Positions 10,821 to 21,252 of a stretch of 64,000 bases of DNA are shown here, one piece after another. The notes below the pieces were generated by a model. That model made no database searches. It was not told the DNA's origin and was given only the letters and a program-made list of their open reading frames with translations. How positions within the stretch are numbered: the first letter of the stretch is position 1; every line of letters begins with the position of its first letter. The stretch comes from Alistipes sp. (GTDB lineage: Bacteria > Bacteroidota > Bacteroidia > Bacteroidales > Rikenellaceae): contig JAFQCA010000010.1 in assembly GCA_017399485.1 (NCBI GenBank), positions 47,478-111,477 of the forward strand. Direction: 5' to 3'. Made by a program: the position numbers and the translations under genes.

Positions 10821-11381
10821 CTACTCTGCATCCTCAGCATCATCCTGCTCATCAGCCTCCTGAATCTCAAACAATACAGGCTCACGTTTAGTGCCAACCG
10901 AGATAAAGAGGCCCAAGAATCCCAAATAGAGGACATTACCCAATACCTGCGACCAGAGGACGGCTATGGGTGAGAACATATATGAACGCATCATTGAAGC
11001 CATCTGCTTTATCATCTCACCATCATATACTCCTGTCTTCTGCAACTCGGCGATGGTAGTAGATAAAGTCTGCTCCATCTGCTCGGTAAAGAGGAAATTG
11101 CTTGCGATAATCTGATAAACAGCGCACACGACACCTACGAACAAGCCTGAAGCAACAATAAAGCCCAAACTCTGAGAGTAGGTATAGCCCTCTTCGATGA
11201 ACAGGTTGGCACGCTTACGGGTAAAATAGAAGAGAAGATAAACCGTAGCCACAAAATTAACCAAACCACTCACAAAGGCGATTGACGGCAACAACATTCC
11301 CAACAGAGATGTCACGACATTAACCGCTCCAACGATAGCACCACAACGCGATGCGTCACTCCAAAATGAACTCTTTTTCAT
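10821..11381 (-). CDS. DUF4199-like membrane protein
   Basis: Four hydrophobic segments and a YTYSQSLGFIVASGLFVG pattern. Sits next to GT2, as is common in Bacteroidales. Confidence 0.7.
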   Translation of the reverse strand: MKKSSFWSDASRCGAIVGAVNVVTSLLGMLLPSIAFVSGLVNFVATVYLLFYFTRKRANLFIEEGYTYSQSLGFIVASGLFVGVVCAVYQIIASNFLFTEQMEQTLSTTIAELQKTGVYDGEMIKQMASMMRSYMFSPIAVLWSQVLGNVLYLGFLGLFISVGTKREPVLFEIQEADEQDDAEDAE

Positions 11382-11468
11382 ATCTTTATTATTTTTTAGT
11401 TTTCAATTTTCTTTCAAGGCATAAATGACTCACACAAGTCATTAAATATTATATGACGCGGATTATCG

Positions 11469-12473
11469 TCACTTGACATACGGAGCGGGTGCCGTAACCG
11501 AAGGATGACCATCCTCGCCCAAAACGGGCCAGCCATCAACCCATCGTACTTGCTCCAAAAACATCTTACGACCAGCCTTGATGGATGACATATCATAACC
11601 GTGATAGTACATCCAATCCTGACCTTTATCATCGGTAATAATCTGCGAATCGTGGCCGGGACCCTTTACTTTGTCATTACCAGACAACAACACCTCGTGA
11701 TGATTGTCGAGCATCTTACGACCTTGCTTATCGACATAAGGGCCATAAAGCGATTTACTACGACTTACAACCGTCTGATAGGTACTCTTCTCGCCTGCGC
11801 AGCACGAGCCGACAGAAGCAAAAAGATAGTAGTAGCCCTTATGCTTATGGATATATGTACCCTCGTAGGCAGAGCCTGCTATACGCATAATATCGCGCTT
11901 ATCTATAATATCCAGACCATCTTCGGTAAGTTCGGTAAGATAGATACCGCTGAAACTACCCCACGCCAAGAACTTTCGACCATCCTCCTGAAAAACAACG
12001 GGGTCGATAGAGTTCTGCACTCCGATTTCACGGCTACGGATAAGCATCTTGTCATTGCGGAATGGGCCCGTAGGCGAATCTGACACGGCACGACCTATAC
12101 AAGCCTCCCACTCGCCACCCCACGTGGACATCGAGAAATAGAGGACATATTTACCCTCGATATAGTTGATATCGGGAGCCCAGATAGCACCACCCTTGAC
12201 ATACATTGGGACTTGCCCCTTTTCAAAAGCGCCACCTACATACTCCCAATTAATCATATCGGTAGATTTATAAACGGGAACATTTCTATCGCGCCAAGTG
12301 GCATAGGCATAGAACGCGCCATCCTTGCCACGAATAACCGTCGGGTCGGGAGCATCGCGGTCAATAACGGGATTGGTATATGTCTTTATCTCATCTGCGC
12401 CACTTACACCCGAACAAGCGACTCCGCCCGCAAGTGTAGAAAACAGAGAAATTGCTATAAGTAAACGCTTCAT
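11469..12473 (-). CDS. Glycoside hydrolase family 43 lipoprotein
   Basis: Lipobox GVAC and the GH43 catalytic motifs APDP, WAPDI, IDP and YEG. Confidence 0.9.
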   Translation of the reverse strand: MKRLLIAISLFSTLAGGVACSGVSGADEIKTYTNPVIDRDAPDPTVIRGKDGAFYAYATWRDRNVPVYKSTDMINWEYVGGAFEKGQVPMYVKGGAIWAPDINYIEGKYVLYFSMSTWGGEWEACIGRAVSDSPTGPFRNDKMLIRSREIGVQNSIDPVVFQEDGRKFLAWGSFSGIYLTELTEDGLDIIDKRDIMRIAGSAYEGTYIHKHKGYYYLFASVGSCCAGEKSTYQTVVSRSKSLYGPYVDKQGRKMLDNHHEVLLSGNDKVKGPGHDSQIITDDKGQDWMYYHGYDMSSIKAGRKMFLEQVRWVDGWPVLGEDGHPSVTAPAPYVK

Positions 12474-12498
12474 AATCCTATAATTGATTTTTCATCAT

Positions 12499-14277
12499 TT
12501 ACATACGTTCGGGCACCTCTATACCGAGCAACGACATAGACTTGCGGATAACCTGAGCCACTACTGAAGCCAACTGCAAACGCATTGCACGCTTAGCCTC
12601 ATCCTCCTCGCGAAGGATTGAGTGGTCGTGATAATAACCATTGAAGGTCTTGGCCAACTCGTAAGCATAAGCCGCAATCATAGAAGGTGCGAAGTTCTCA
12701 CCCGCCGCGGCAACAACTGCCGGCAACTCGGCAAGCGACTTGATGAGTTCAATCTCTTCGGCCAACAACTCTACCTCACCGCAAGAAGAGTAATCGATAC
12801 CTGCTTCGGCAGCCTTACGCAATACCGAGCATATACGAGCGTGAGTATATTGGATAAACGGACCTGTATTACCATTAAAGTCGATAGACTCGCGCGGGTC
12901 GAACAACATTGTCTTCTTGGGGTCAACCTTCAAGATAAAATATTTCAAGGCACCCAAACCTACCATACGGCATACGTTGGCAGCCTCCTCTTCACTGCAA
13001 CCCTCCAACTTACCCAATTCATCAGACATCTCGCGAGCCGTAGAGACCATATCGGCAATCAAATCGTCGGCATCGACAACCGTACCCTCACGCGACTTCA
13101 TCTTACCTTCGGGCAACTCGACCATACCGTAAGAGAGGTGATAGATATTGTCGCTCCACTCATAGCCCAACTTCTTGAGTACAAGTTTCAGCACCTGGAA
13201 ATGATAATTCTGCTCATTACCTACCACGTATATCATATCGTCCAACTTATTCTCCTCAAAACGGCTCAAAGCAGTACCCAAATCCTGAGTCATATAAACC
13301 GATGTGCCGTCACCGCGCAACAATAACTTCTGGTCCAAACCATCTGCTGTCAAATCAATCCATACGGAATTATCCTCTTTGCGGAAGAAGACGCCCTTAT
13401 CCAAACCATCCTGCACAAGGCTCTTACCCAACAGATAGGTCTGTGATTCATAATAGACTTTATCGAAATCTACGCCCAAAGCCTTATACGTTACATCGAA
13501 TCCATCGTAGACCCAGCCGTTCATCGTCTGCCACAAGTCGTAGACCTCCTTATCCTTAGCCTCCCATTTGCGCAACATCTCCTGAGCCTGCAACATAATA
13601 GGAGCCTTCTTCTTGGCCTCATCCTCGCTCATACCCTCGGCCACGAGTTCCTTTATTTGGGCCTTGTAGTGTTTATCGAACTCCACATAATACTTTCCGA
13701 CCAAGTGGTCGCCCTTCATTCCTGATGATGCAGGAGTCTCACCTTCGCCATACAACTGCCAAGCAAGCATTGACTTACAGATGTGGATACCTCTATCGTT
13801 CACCAGATTCACCTTGATGACATTGTGGCCATTGGCCTTGAGAATCTGCGCAACAGAATAACCGAGCAGATTGTTACGGATATGGCCCAAGTGCAACGGT
13901 TTGTTGGTATTTGGTGACGAATACTCAATCATAATAGTACGGCCCGAAGGAGCAGCATCGCCATAGTTCTCCGCAGCGGCAATCTCCTTAAAGCACTCTG
14001 CCCAAAAAGCAGGCGCAAGCACCAAATTAAGAAAACCCTTAATAACGTTAAATGAACTGATTTGGGGTGTATTTGCTACAATATGTTCTCCTATCTCATT
14101 GGCTGTTGCTTCGGGCGACTTACGGCTCAACTTAAGCAATGGGAAGGTCACCAGCGTAAAATCACCCTCAAACTCCTTACGTGTCTTTTGCAACTGCAAC
14201 TGCGACTTATCGACAGCGCCATACAAAGCCTCAACTGAGGCCGTCACGGCTTGTAAAACAAAATTTTCTGCATTCAT
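12499..14277 (-). CDS. argS: Arginyl-tRNA synthetase
   Basis: EYSSPNTNKPLHLGH (HIGH), GKMKSREG and GNTGPFIQYTHAR. Confidence 0.97.
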   Translation of the reverse strand: MNAENFVLQAVTASVEALYGAVDKSQLQLQKTRKEFEGDFTLVTFPLLKLSRKSPEATANEIGEHIVANTPQISSFNVIKGFLNLVLAPAFWAECFKEIAAAENYGDAAPSGRTIMIEYSSPNTNKPLHLGHIRNNLLGYSVAQILKANGHNVIKVNLVNDRGIHICKSMLAWQLYGEGETPASSGMKGDHLVGKYYVEFDKHYKAQIKELVAEGMSEDEAKKKAPIMLQAQEMLRKWEAKDKEVYDLWQTMNGWVYDGFDVTYKALGVDFDKVYYESQTYLLGKSLVQDGLDKGVFFRKEDNSVWIDLTADGLDQKLLLRGDGTSVYMTQDLGTALSRFEENKLDDMIYVVGNEQNYHFQVLKLVLKKLGYEWSDNIYHLSYGMVELPEGKMKSREGTVVDADDLIADMVSTAREMSDELGKLEGCSEEEAANVCRMVGLGALKYFILKVDPKKTMLFDPRESIDFNGNTGPFIQYTHARICSVLRKAAEAGIDYSSCGEVELLAEEIELIKSLAELPAVVAAAGENFAPSMIAAYAYELAKTFNGYYHDHSILREEDEAKRAMRLQLASVVAQVIRKSMSLLGIEVPERM

Positions 14278-14479
14278 TATTTATACTCTCTTTTAATATT
14301 TTCACTCCCTATCACGACTCTCGCGCTTCACGAAAGTACATATTCCGCACAAAATTACTATTTTTCATCAAAAAACCGACTACCAAAACACCTATTTCCC
14401 GACATATAACCCCATTTTAAGAGAAAAAAATACAATTTTTAGTATCTTTACGATGAATATTGACTACTTTTGAAGAACA

Positions 14480-15265
14480 ATGTGGCGACTTCTAATAATA
14501 ATATCGGCTGTTTTGATTGCTGGATGCAACGACTATGAATCTCCAATGCAGGAGAGTGCTTTGCCCGACGCCACAACTATCGGTATAGGCGACCTGCACA
14601 ATATATGCGGTAGCCGCACTCTGGACATCACGGACAATATCGTAATCGGAGGCTACGTTACATCGAGCGACAGAGCATCGAACTTCTATAAGACATTCAC
14701 GTTAGAGGATGCGACGGGCGGCGTAGAGATTATGGCCGGCATATTCGACACCCACAACATATACCCTATCGGCACATATCTTACCATACACCTAAACGGA
14801 TGCTCCATAGGGGAACATTTTGGAGTGATGCAGGCGGGGCTAAAAGCCGCATCATATAGCGCATATCCAACCGAATATTTCTCATCACAAGTGCTTTTAG
14901 ACAAGCACATACGTCGTTATGACATCACACGGCACATTGCCCCTCGTCCACTTGCTGTAAGCGACCTCAGGTCATCGATGTGTGGCACTCTGGTCAGCAT
15001 CGGGCCACTACGCCATCTTGCGGAGGAGTCAGCCTCAATATGGGATGGAAACACGGATGGATGTTGGGGCGGATACAACCTATTCGAAAATTCGGAAGGA
15101 GAAAAGATTGTTGTATATACATCAGAATATGCCGATTACGCCACGCGACAGATACCTACGGGTGAAATCGCTATAACAGGAATATTGCAATACGGCAAGG
15201 TGAACGGCAAGGAGTATTATATGATTAAGATGCGAGATGAGAAGGATTGTTCAAGTATTAAATAG
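14480..15265 (+). CDS. DUF5689-like OB-fold lipoprotein
   Basis: Lipobox IAGC and GYVTSSDRASNFYKTFTLEDATGGVEI; C-terminal ITGILQY...KMRDEKD. Confidence 0.75.
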   Translation: MWRLLIIISAVLIAGCNDYESPMQESALPDATTIGIGDLHNICGSRTLDITDNIVIGGYVTSSDRASNFYKTFTLEDATGGVEIMAGIFDTHNIYPIGTYLTIHLNGCSIGEHFGVMQAGLKAASYSAYPTEYFSSQVLLDKHIRRYDITRHIAPRPLAVSDLRSSMCGTLVSIGPLRHLAEESASIWDGNTDGCWGGYNLFENSEGEKIVVYTSEYADYATRQIPTGEIAITGILQYGKVNGKEYYMIKMRDEKDCSSIK

Positions 15266-16067
15266 TGTTGCAGGCAGCGTTTCAAATATATTGCTTACAA
15301 TCGTTATCGCAGGAAGTGTGTTGCAAGGTTGCACAATCACCCCTGAAGATAACGAAGATACACCTCCTGCAGAGTACCCCGAAACGCCACATAGCAAAGT
15401 ATCAATAGCACACCTAAAATCACTGTGCAAAGCAGATAGGACAGTCATCACAGACGATATATCAATCGAAGGCCACATTATTGTAAACGACCTATACGGC
15501 GAATTTATAAAGAGTATAGTCGTAGCAGACGAGAGCGGTTGTCTGGAAGTTAGCGTCGATTGCACCTCAACGGCAGATGTATTCTTTGTCGGCGCTCGGA
15601 TGGTTGTGAGTTGCTCATCGTTGGCGTTGGGCGATTATGGTGGACGCATAATATTAGGGGCTGCGACAAGCGACGAATATAGTGTAGGCCGCATTGCAGA
15701 AAAGGATTTCAGCCGTTATTTCTTAATCGACACATCGAAGCCTAAAGAGATAATTCCTCAGGTTACGGAGATTAGCAAGATAGGCGTCACACATATTGGG
15801 AATTATATCGAGTTACGAGATGTGCGTTTTATAGATGGTGGCGCAGCCGAATGGTGCGACAAGGATACCGAAAGCGGTGAATATGTAACAACAGAGCGTA
15901 CAATAACGGACCCTGCGGGCAATGAATTTACGGTCCGCACTTTAGCAGAGTGCACCTATCGCAACGAGACTTTGCCACAAGGCCAATGTACCCTGCGTGG
16001 CATTGTTGATTATTTCAACGGGCAATACTCACTGCGCGTTATCAACCACCAGATAGTAACTGATTAG
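15237..16067 (+). CDS. DUF5689-like OB-fold lipoprotein (tandem paralogue)
   Basis: Lipobox LQGC, GHIIVNDLYGEFIKSIVVADESGCLEV and LRGIVDYFNGQYSLRVI. Confidence 0.72.
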   Translation: MRRIVQVLNSVAGSVSNILLTIVIAGSVLQGCTITPEDNEDTPPAEYPETPHSKVSIAHLKSLCKADRTVITDDISIEGHIIVNDLYGEFIKSIVVADESGCLEVSVDCTSTADVFFVGARMVVSCSSLALGDYGGRIILGAATSDEYSVGRIAEKDFSRYFLIDTSKPKEIIPQVTEISKIGVTHIGNYIELRDVRFIDGGAAEWCDKDTESGEYVTTERTITDPAGNEFTVRTLAECTYRNETLPQGQCTLRGIVDYFNGQYSLRVINHQIVTD

Positions 16068-16092
16068 GAGCGGATTCGGTAAGTTTTACAAA

Positions 16093-16122
16093 AAAATCCA
16101 TATAGAAACCTATATGGATTTT
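16093..16122. terminator. Probable bidirectional intrinsic terminator between convergent genes
   Basis: Perfect 13-bp stem AAAATCCATATAG-AAAC-CTATATGGATTTT between the stops at 16067 (+) and 16141 (-). Confidence 0.8.
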
Positions 16123-16140
16123 CCTACGACCAGCACACTA

Positions 16141-17220
16141 TCACTTTAATTTCAGCGACTTAGGCTTAAGCAGATGACTCCACACCTGCACCACGAAAGT
16201 TTTAGCGAGGCTCTCGTTATATACAATCTGATGTTTCCAACGATTAGCCCACCAACGGCGAAACATAAAACTCCAAGACTTTAGATAACCCGCATTCTTG
16301 GGTGTTGGTTCAGAAAACTCTGGTCGCAAAATTTCATTCCACACTCGCTCCTCAAGTTGCGGGTTACGTTCAAATTGCGGGACACAACTACTCGGAAGGC
16401 TCAACCTGTCGATGCAAATAGCATTTAGACAATTCAAGAACCTATGCATATTCGTTTGCGCAGCAATCTCGCCCAATGCCTTCCAATCAATTTGTTGTGC
16501 ATACTTCTCGACAAAATATCGCCAATCCAACAGATGTCGTATCACAATGCGTTCAGCCGCAAAATGGGCTGCCGAATGACGTAATAGAAATAACGCATTG
16601 AAATCAGGCGACGGAAGATAAACAGTCTGGCCATCTACTTCAACTTGCTCCAATGGTTGATTAGTGAGTTGCTGTAGTCGTTGCTCAATTTTACGATTTG
16701 AGAGATGAGCGTGGATATTTAGAAAATCATAGTGATTCTCGACCATCACACCATCAACATAAAAGACCGTATGATGATGTTTGGTGTCGTCAATCACGAT
16801 ATTCAGATGCTCCTGCAGAAGTCTGTCAGCACTTTGTTGTGCGCTACATCGCTTGATGGTGCCATCGGGCATTTGTCGCTCCTCAAAGAGCCAAATATCA
16901 ACATCACTACAAGGTCGGTGATTCGGCGCAGGATAATTAAGACTCAAGCCATAACCCTTGAGAATCATCATCTTGATGTTATGAGAAACGAACAATTTGA
17001 CTAATTTTGCAATAACACCTCTCTGCCGAACATATTTCTTCTCAATCTGCTCGGTTGATAACGCCCACTGGAGTTTTAAGGCCTTCGGAGGTTGATTCTC
17101 TGTCGGCAGTATGCCATCCCGAATATCCTGCTGGATATAATCCCACGTGATAGCCGCCACATTATGCGTTGCGGATATAGAGTATAACGACGGCCAATCT
17201 GTATTTTCTATTCTGTGCAT
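16141..17220 (-). CDS. Uncharacterised nucleotidyltransferase (NTP_transf_5-like)
   Basis: ILKGYGLSLNYP..RPCSDVDIW (pol-beta-type G..DxD), VENHYDF, LRHSAAHF and RHLLDW. Confidence 0.85.
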   Translation of the reverse strand: MHRIENTDWPSLYSISATHNVAAITWDYIQQDIRDGILPTENQPPKALKLQWALSTEQIEKKYVRQRGVIAKLVKLFVSHNIKMMILKGYGLSLNYPAPNHRPCSDVDIWLFEERQMPDGTIKRCSAQQSADRLLQEHLNIVIDDTKHHHTVFYVDGVMVENHYDFLNIHAHLSNRKIEQRLQQLTNQPLEQVEVDGQTVYLPSPDFNALFLLRHSAAHFAAERIVIRHLLDWRYFVEKYAQQIDWKALGEIAAQTNMHRFLNCLNAICIDRLSLPSSCVPQFERNPQLEERVWNEILRPEFSEPTPKNAGYLKSWSFMFRRWWANRWKHQIVYNESLAKTFVVQVWSHLLKPKSLKLK

Positions 17221-17225
17221 ATTTC

Positions 17226-17263
17226 AAAAAAAATGCCGAAGCAACAATGTTGTTGTTTCGGCA
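17226..17263 (-). terminator. Intrinsic terminator after ugd at the end of the polysaccharide operon
   Basis: Minus strand TGCCGAAACAACAACATTGTTGCTTCGGCA (about 12-13 bp stem, one mismatch) followed by T8. Confidence 0.8.
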
Positions 17264-17347
17264 ATAAAGATAATAATTTATCAGGATAATTCAAAAAATG
17301 CATATGAGTTGTTAAAGATTAAACGGCATCTTAACTATCATCGCACA

Positions 17348-18667
17348 TTAATCTCGACGGAAAACATCTCTTGTGTAAACCTTATCGGCCACATCATCCA
17401 GGCAAGAGTCATAGCGATTGGCTATAATCGCATCACACGCCCCCTTGAACTCCGCAAGGTCATTTACCACCCTGCTACCAAAGAAGGTTGAGCCATCCTC
17501 AAGAGTTGGCTCGTATATCACCACCGTAGCACCTTTTGCCTTGATACGTTTCATAACACCCTGAATTGCACTTTGGCGGAAATTGTCAGAGTTAGCCTTC
17601 ATAGTCAAACGATACACTCCCACGACACACTCCTTCTCGGCAGCGCCTGCAAACTCATTATTATTAGAATAATTGTAATATCCCGCCTTGGCCAAAACTT
17701 GGTCCGCAATAAAATCTTTTCGAGTTCTGTTGCTCTCCACAATGGCACTCATCATATTCTGAGGCACATCATTGTAGTTCGCCAGCAATTGTTTTGTATC
17801 CTTTGGCAAGCAATAACCGCCATAACCAAACGAGGGATTATTGTAGTGAGTACCGATACGAGGGTCCAGACCTATACCATTAATAATCGCCTGCGTATCC
17901 AGCCCTTTCACCTCAGCATAAGTATCCAACTCATTGAAATACGACACTCGAAGCGCAAGGTAGGTATTGGCAAACAACTTCACAGCCTCAGCCTCTTTCA
18001 AACCCATAAACAGAGTGGGCACATTCTCTTTAATCGCCCCCTCCTGAAGAAGTGCTGCAAATGTATGGGCCGCCTCCTTAAGATGATTGCCCGCTATAGC
18101 ACAAATAGCCTTATTCTCCTCGTCCAAAGAATCAATCATCTTAGGATAACCAACAATAATACGAGAGGGGTATAAATTATCATACAGCGCCATACTCTCT
18201 CTAAGAAACTCTGGAGAGAACAGCAAGCGGAACTTTCTAGTAACATCCCATCCATTCTCCTTGAACTTGCGCGCATACTTCACATACAGAGAGCGACAAT
18301 ATCCAACTGGAATAGTACTTTTAATAATCATTGTTGCCTCTGGATTTACCTCCAAGACCAAATCAATAACATCCTCGATGTGATGAGTATCAAAGAAGTT
18401 CTTCTGCGAGTCGTAATTCGTAGGTGCTGCAATAATCACGAACTCCGCATCTCTATATGCAGAGGCGCCGTCCAACGTTGCTACCAAATCCAACTTCTTC
18501 TCCGCAAAAAACTTTTCTATATATTCATCCTGAATAGGACTCTCTCGACGATTAATCTTCTCAACCTTTTCGGGAATAACATCCACAGCCGTCACACTAT
18601 GATGCTGCGCCAAAAGCGTGGCCATCGAAAGCCCCACATAACCTGTACCTGCTACTGCTATTTTCAT
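17348..18667 (-). CDS. ugd: UDP-glucose 6-dehydrogenase (copy 1)
   Basis: [40 protein letters not shown] (catalytic Cys) and C-terminal YTRDVFRRD. Confidence 0.95.
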   Translation of the reverse strand: MKIAVAGTGYVGLSMATLLAQHHSVTAVDVIPEKVEKINRRESPIQDEYIEKFFAEKKLDLVATLDGASAYRDAEFVIIAAPTNYDSQKNFFDTHHIEDVIDLVLEVNPEATMIIKSTIPVGYCRSLYVKYARKFKENGWDVTRKFRLLFSPEFLRESMALYDNLYPSRIIVGYPKMIDSLDEENKAICAIAGNHLKEAAHTFAALLQEGAIKENVPTLFMGLKEAEAVKLFANTYLALRVSYFNELDTYAEVKGLDTQAIINGIGLDPRIGTHYNNPSFGYGGYCLPKDTKQLLANYNDVPQNMMSAIVESNRTRKDFIADQVLAKAGYYNYSNNNEFAGAAEKECVVGVYRLTMKANSDNFRQSAIQGVMKRIKAKGATVVIYEPTLEDGSTFFGSRVVNDLAEFKGACDAIIANRYDSCLDDVADKVYTRDVFRRD

Positions 18668-18686
18668 AAAACCTATTTTAATCCAA

Positions 18687-19946
18687 TTATTTTACTATAG
18701 CCTCCTTAATACAGTCAACGATATAACGGACATCGTCATCTGTAACATAAGGACCTGCAGGCAAACACATACCAACCTTGAATATCGCCTCCGATACTCC
18801 ATTCACATAAGCCGGAGCGCTCTTATATACGGGCTGCTTATGCATAGGCTTCCATACAGGACGAGCCTCAATCTTCTTCTCAAGCATAAATACTCGAAGA
18901 GCCTCAACATTATCATTTGGCTGACAATCAGTTGTAGCACAATCTACAGCGTGAATAACACCTGCAGCACCTCCCACGGCAGTCTTTATAACCTCTTTGT
19001 AAGCATTTTCCTGTCCCTTAATCTCAAGCGATGGCTCCAATGTTATCGTACACAACCAAAAATTAGAATCATATTTACCTGTTGCTGGCTGCTTATGCAC
19101 AGTGACACCCTCAACATCAGCCAACAACGTCTCATACATTGCTTGTACATGCTTGTGATGGTCAATATGAGCCTGTGCGACAGTCATCTGACCTCTACCA
19201 ATACCTGCACATATATTACTCATACGATAATTATAGCCAATAGCCTCGTGTTGATAATACGGATATGCTTCTCTTGCCTGTGTGGCATACCACATAATAT
19301 TGTTCTTACTTTCAGAGTCTCTACAAATCAAAGCACCACCTCCTGATGTTGTAATCATCTTGTTTCCATTGAAAGAAAGAACTCCATATTTACCAAAAGT
19401 TCCCAACACACGACCATTAAACTTCGAGCCAAAGCCCTCAGCAGCATCTTCAATAACAGGAATATCATATCGATGAGCCACTTCCATAATTCTCTCACAA
19501 TCATAAGGCATACCATAAAGAGCCACCGGCACAATAGCTTTAGGCTTCTTACCGGTTTTAGCAATACGATCCTTAATAGCCTCCTCCAACAACACGGGGT
19601 CCATATTCCAGGTATCGGGTTCAGAATCAACAAATACAGGAGTAGCCCCAAGATAAGTTATAGGATGCGACGAAGCACAGAATGTAAAACTCTGCACAAG
19701 CACCTCATCACCAGGCCCCACACCACAAGCCAACAAAGCAAGATGTACAGCAGCAGTACCGGCTGATAAAGCAACCACTTCGTGATTACCACCAACAAAC
19801 TGTTTAAGTTCTTCCTCAAAGCCATTAACATTTGGGCCTAATGGCACCACCCAATTGGTATCAAAAGCCTCCTTTACATATTTTTGTTCAATACCCTCTT
19901 CGCTCATATGAGCGAGGCAGAGGTAAATCGTTTTTCTGTCTGACAT
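18687..19946 (-). CDS. DegT/DnrJ/EryC1/StrS sugar aminotransferase (PglE/WcfR-like)
   Basis: [34 protein letters not shown] (PLP Lys), GYNYRMSN and ARPVWKPMH. Confidence 0.92.
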   Translation of the reverse strand: MSDRKTIYLCLAHMSEEGIEQKYVKEAFDTNWVVPLGPNVNGFEEELKQFVGGNHEVVALSAGTAAVHLALLACGVGPGDEVLVQSFTFCASSHPITYLGATPVFVDSEPDTWNMDPVLLEEAIKDRIAKTGKKPKAIVPVALYGMPYDCERIMEVAHRYDIPVIEDAAEGFGSKFNGRVLGTFGKYGVLSFNGNKMITTSGGGALICRDSESKNNIMWYATQAREAYPYYQHEAIGYNYRMSNICAGIGRGQMTVAQAHIDHHKHVQAMYETLLADVEGVTVHKQPATGKYDSNFWLCTITLEPSLEIKGQENAYKEVIKTAVGGAAGVIHAVDCATTDCQPNDNVEALRVFMLEKKIEARPVWKPMHKQPVYKSAPAYVNGVSEAIFKVGMCLPAGPYVTDDDVRYIVDCIKEAIVK

Positions 19947-19958
19947 AGTATAATAATA

Positions 19959-21209
19959 TTATTTACCTTGTAGATAATCAATCAAATATTCTGTTGTAAA
20001 CTCTTTTAGATTTCTTCCTTTATCACGGATTTCACAACCCATAATATTATTGTATTTATCAATCATCTCAGTCACAATATCACACTCAACATCTAGCATT
20101 TTAGCCAAAGCCTCAAAAGGAACAAGGCCTGTAGGAATATCTTCAGTTAAATAACGCAATTGAGGAACCGAGTTTTTTTGATATGTTGGGGTTCGTCCTA
20201 TAGCAGAACTCAAAGATTCCCCTTCAATTCGTTCCACTCCATATGTTAGGTCTAACCAATGTTGTGCAGAAAAAACACAGTTATTTAGATATTCCATAAA
20301 AAGTTTGCGTATTTTTCTCAATTCTTCAACTTCATCTTCATGCTCTGCCTCTAATGCTCGTAACCCATTTGTAAGTTTTCGCCAAACATCCTCTCTCTCA
20401 TCTCCTATTAAGCCAAAAACTTTAATTCCAAGCCTTTTAGCTATATTCAATCTTATTTGATCAATTGCTTCTAGCACTTCTCCAACTTCTGGTCTAGATG
20501 CAATACCATCCATATAAAATGAGAAAACTAATCCCTCCCGTTGTTTCCTATTGATTTCATCATAATTAAGTAAATACGTTGCACAATGAAATATCGCACC
20601 AATATTATTTAAAGAAGTTAGTGCTGGTATTTTGGATAATGATGCTTGAGGAAATAGCTCTTTTAGAAGTTTTATATGGTTGGGATTAAAATCTCCTTCC
20701 AACGATGATATCCAAGTTCGCTTACGCCTTTTAATTAATGACACCTCAGGCTTAGGGGCTTTACAAGAGTATGGACAAGTAGAAAAACATACTATTGGAT
20801 ATCTCTCTCCTAGAATTTTCCACAAATAAGGAGAAGCAACAGAACGAGAAGGTGATAATATAATAGGTATTCTACGTCGCCATATTCCTGCATCACATAA
20901 CGCTTGAACTGATTCTTCTTGATAAATAGATGGTAAAGCGATTATAACAACATCTACATTTTGTACAAAATAACACAAATCATTGGTAACACAACTTTCT
21001 TGTGTTAATGGGACAAATCTACTTTCTTCATTATTTTTATTAGTTGGGCGCTCTAAATATATTCCTCCTAACCTATGTATTGCATCTAATACTCTATTAC
21101 CATTTTCTGAATTTCGCGCATATCCCCAAGTATTGTACCCTCTTGATAGATAGTCTGCAAAAAAAGCTCTACCACTTTGTGAGCCCAACCCAAACACTCC
21201 GATTTTCAT
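19959..21209 (-). CDS. NAD(P)-dependent opine (octopine/nopaline) dehydrogenase family protein
   Basis: N-terminal Rossmann GVFGLGSQSG, DVVIIALPS, SLNNIGAIFH, RYLTEDIPTGLVP and GRNL match the octopine-DH family pattern. Confidence 0.85.
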   Translation of the reverse strand: MKIGVFGLGSQSGRAFFADYLSRGYNTWGYARNSENGNRVLDAIHRLGGIYLERPTNKNNEESRFVPLTQESCVTNDLCYFVQNVDVVIIALPSIYQEESVQALCDAGIWRRRIPIILSPSRSVASPYLWKILGERYPIVCFSTCPYSCKAPKPEVSLIKRRKRTWISSLEGDFNPNHIKLLKELFPQASLSKIPALTSLNNIGAIFHCATYLLNYDEINRKQREGLVFSFYMDGIASRPEVGEVLEAIDQIRLNIAKRLGIKVFGLIGDEREDVWRKLTNGLRALEAEHEDEVEELRKIRKLFMEYLNNCVFSAQHWLDLTYGVERIEGESLSSAIGRTPTYQKNSVPQLRYLTEDIPTGLVPFEALAKMLDVECDIVTEMIDKYNNIMGCEIRDKGRNLKEFTTEYLIDYLQGK

Positions 21210-21252
21210 AGTATTTATTATATATAACTAAATATTATCTAAATAATATTAT

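Noticed and set aside
16061-16080. Possible att-site duplication of the tRNA-Arg 3' end (tgattaggagcggattcggt versus tgattccggcgggattcgaa)
   Set aside because: Only about 13/20 identity and no integrase; consistent with chance.
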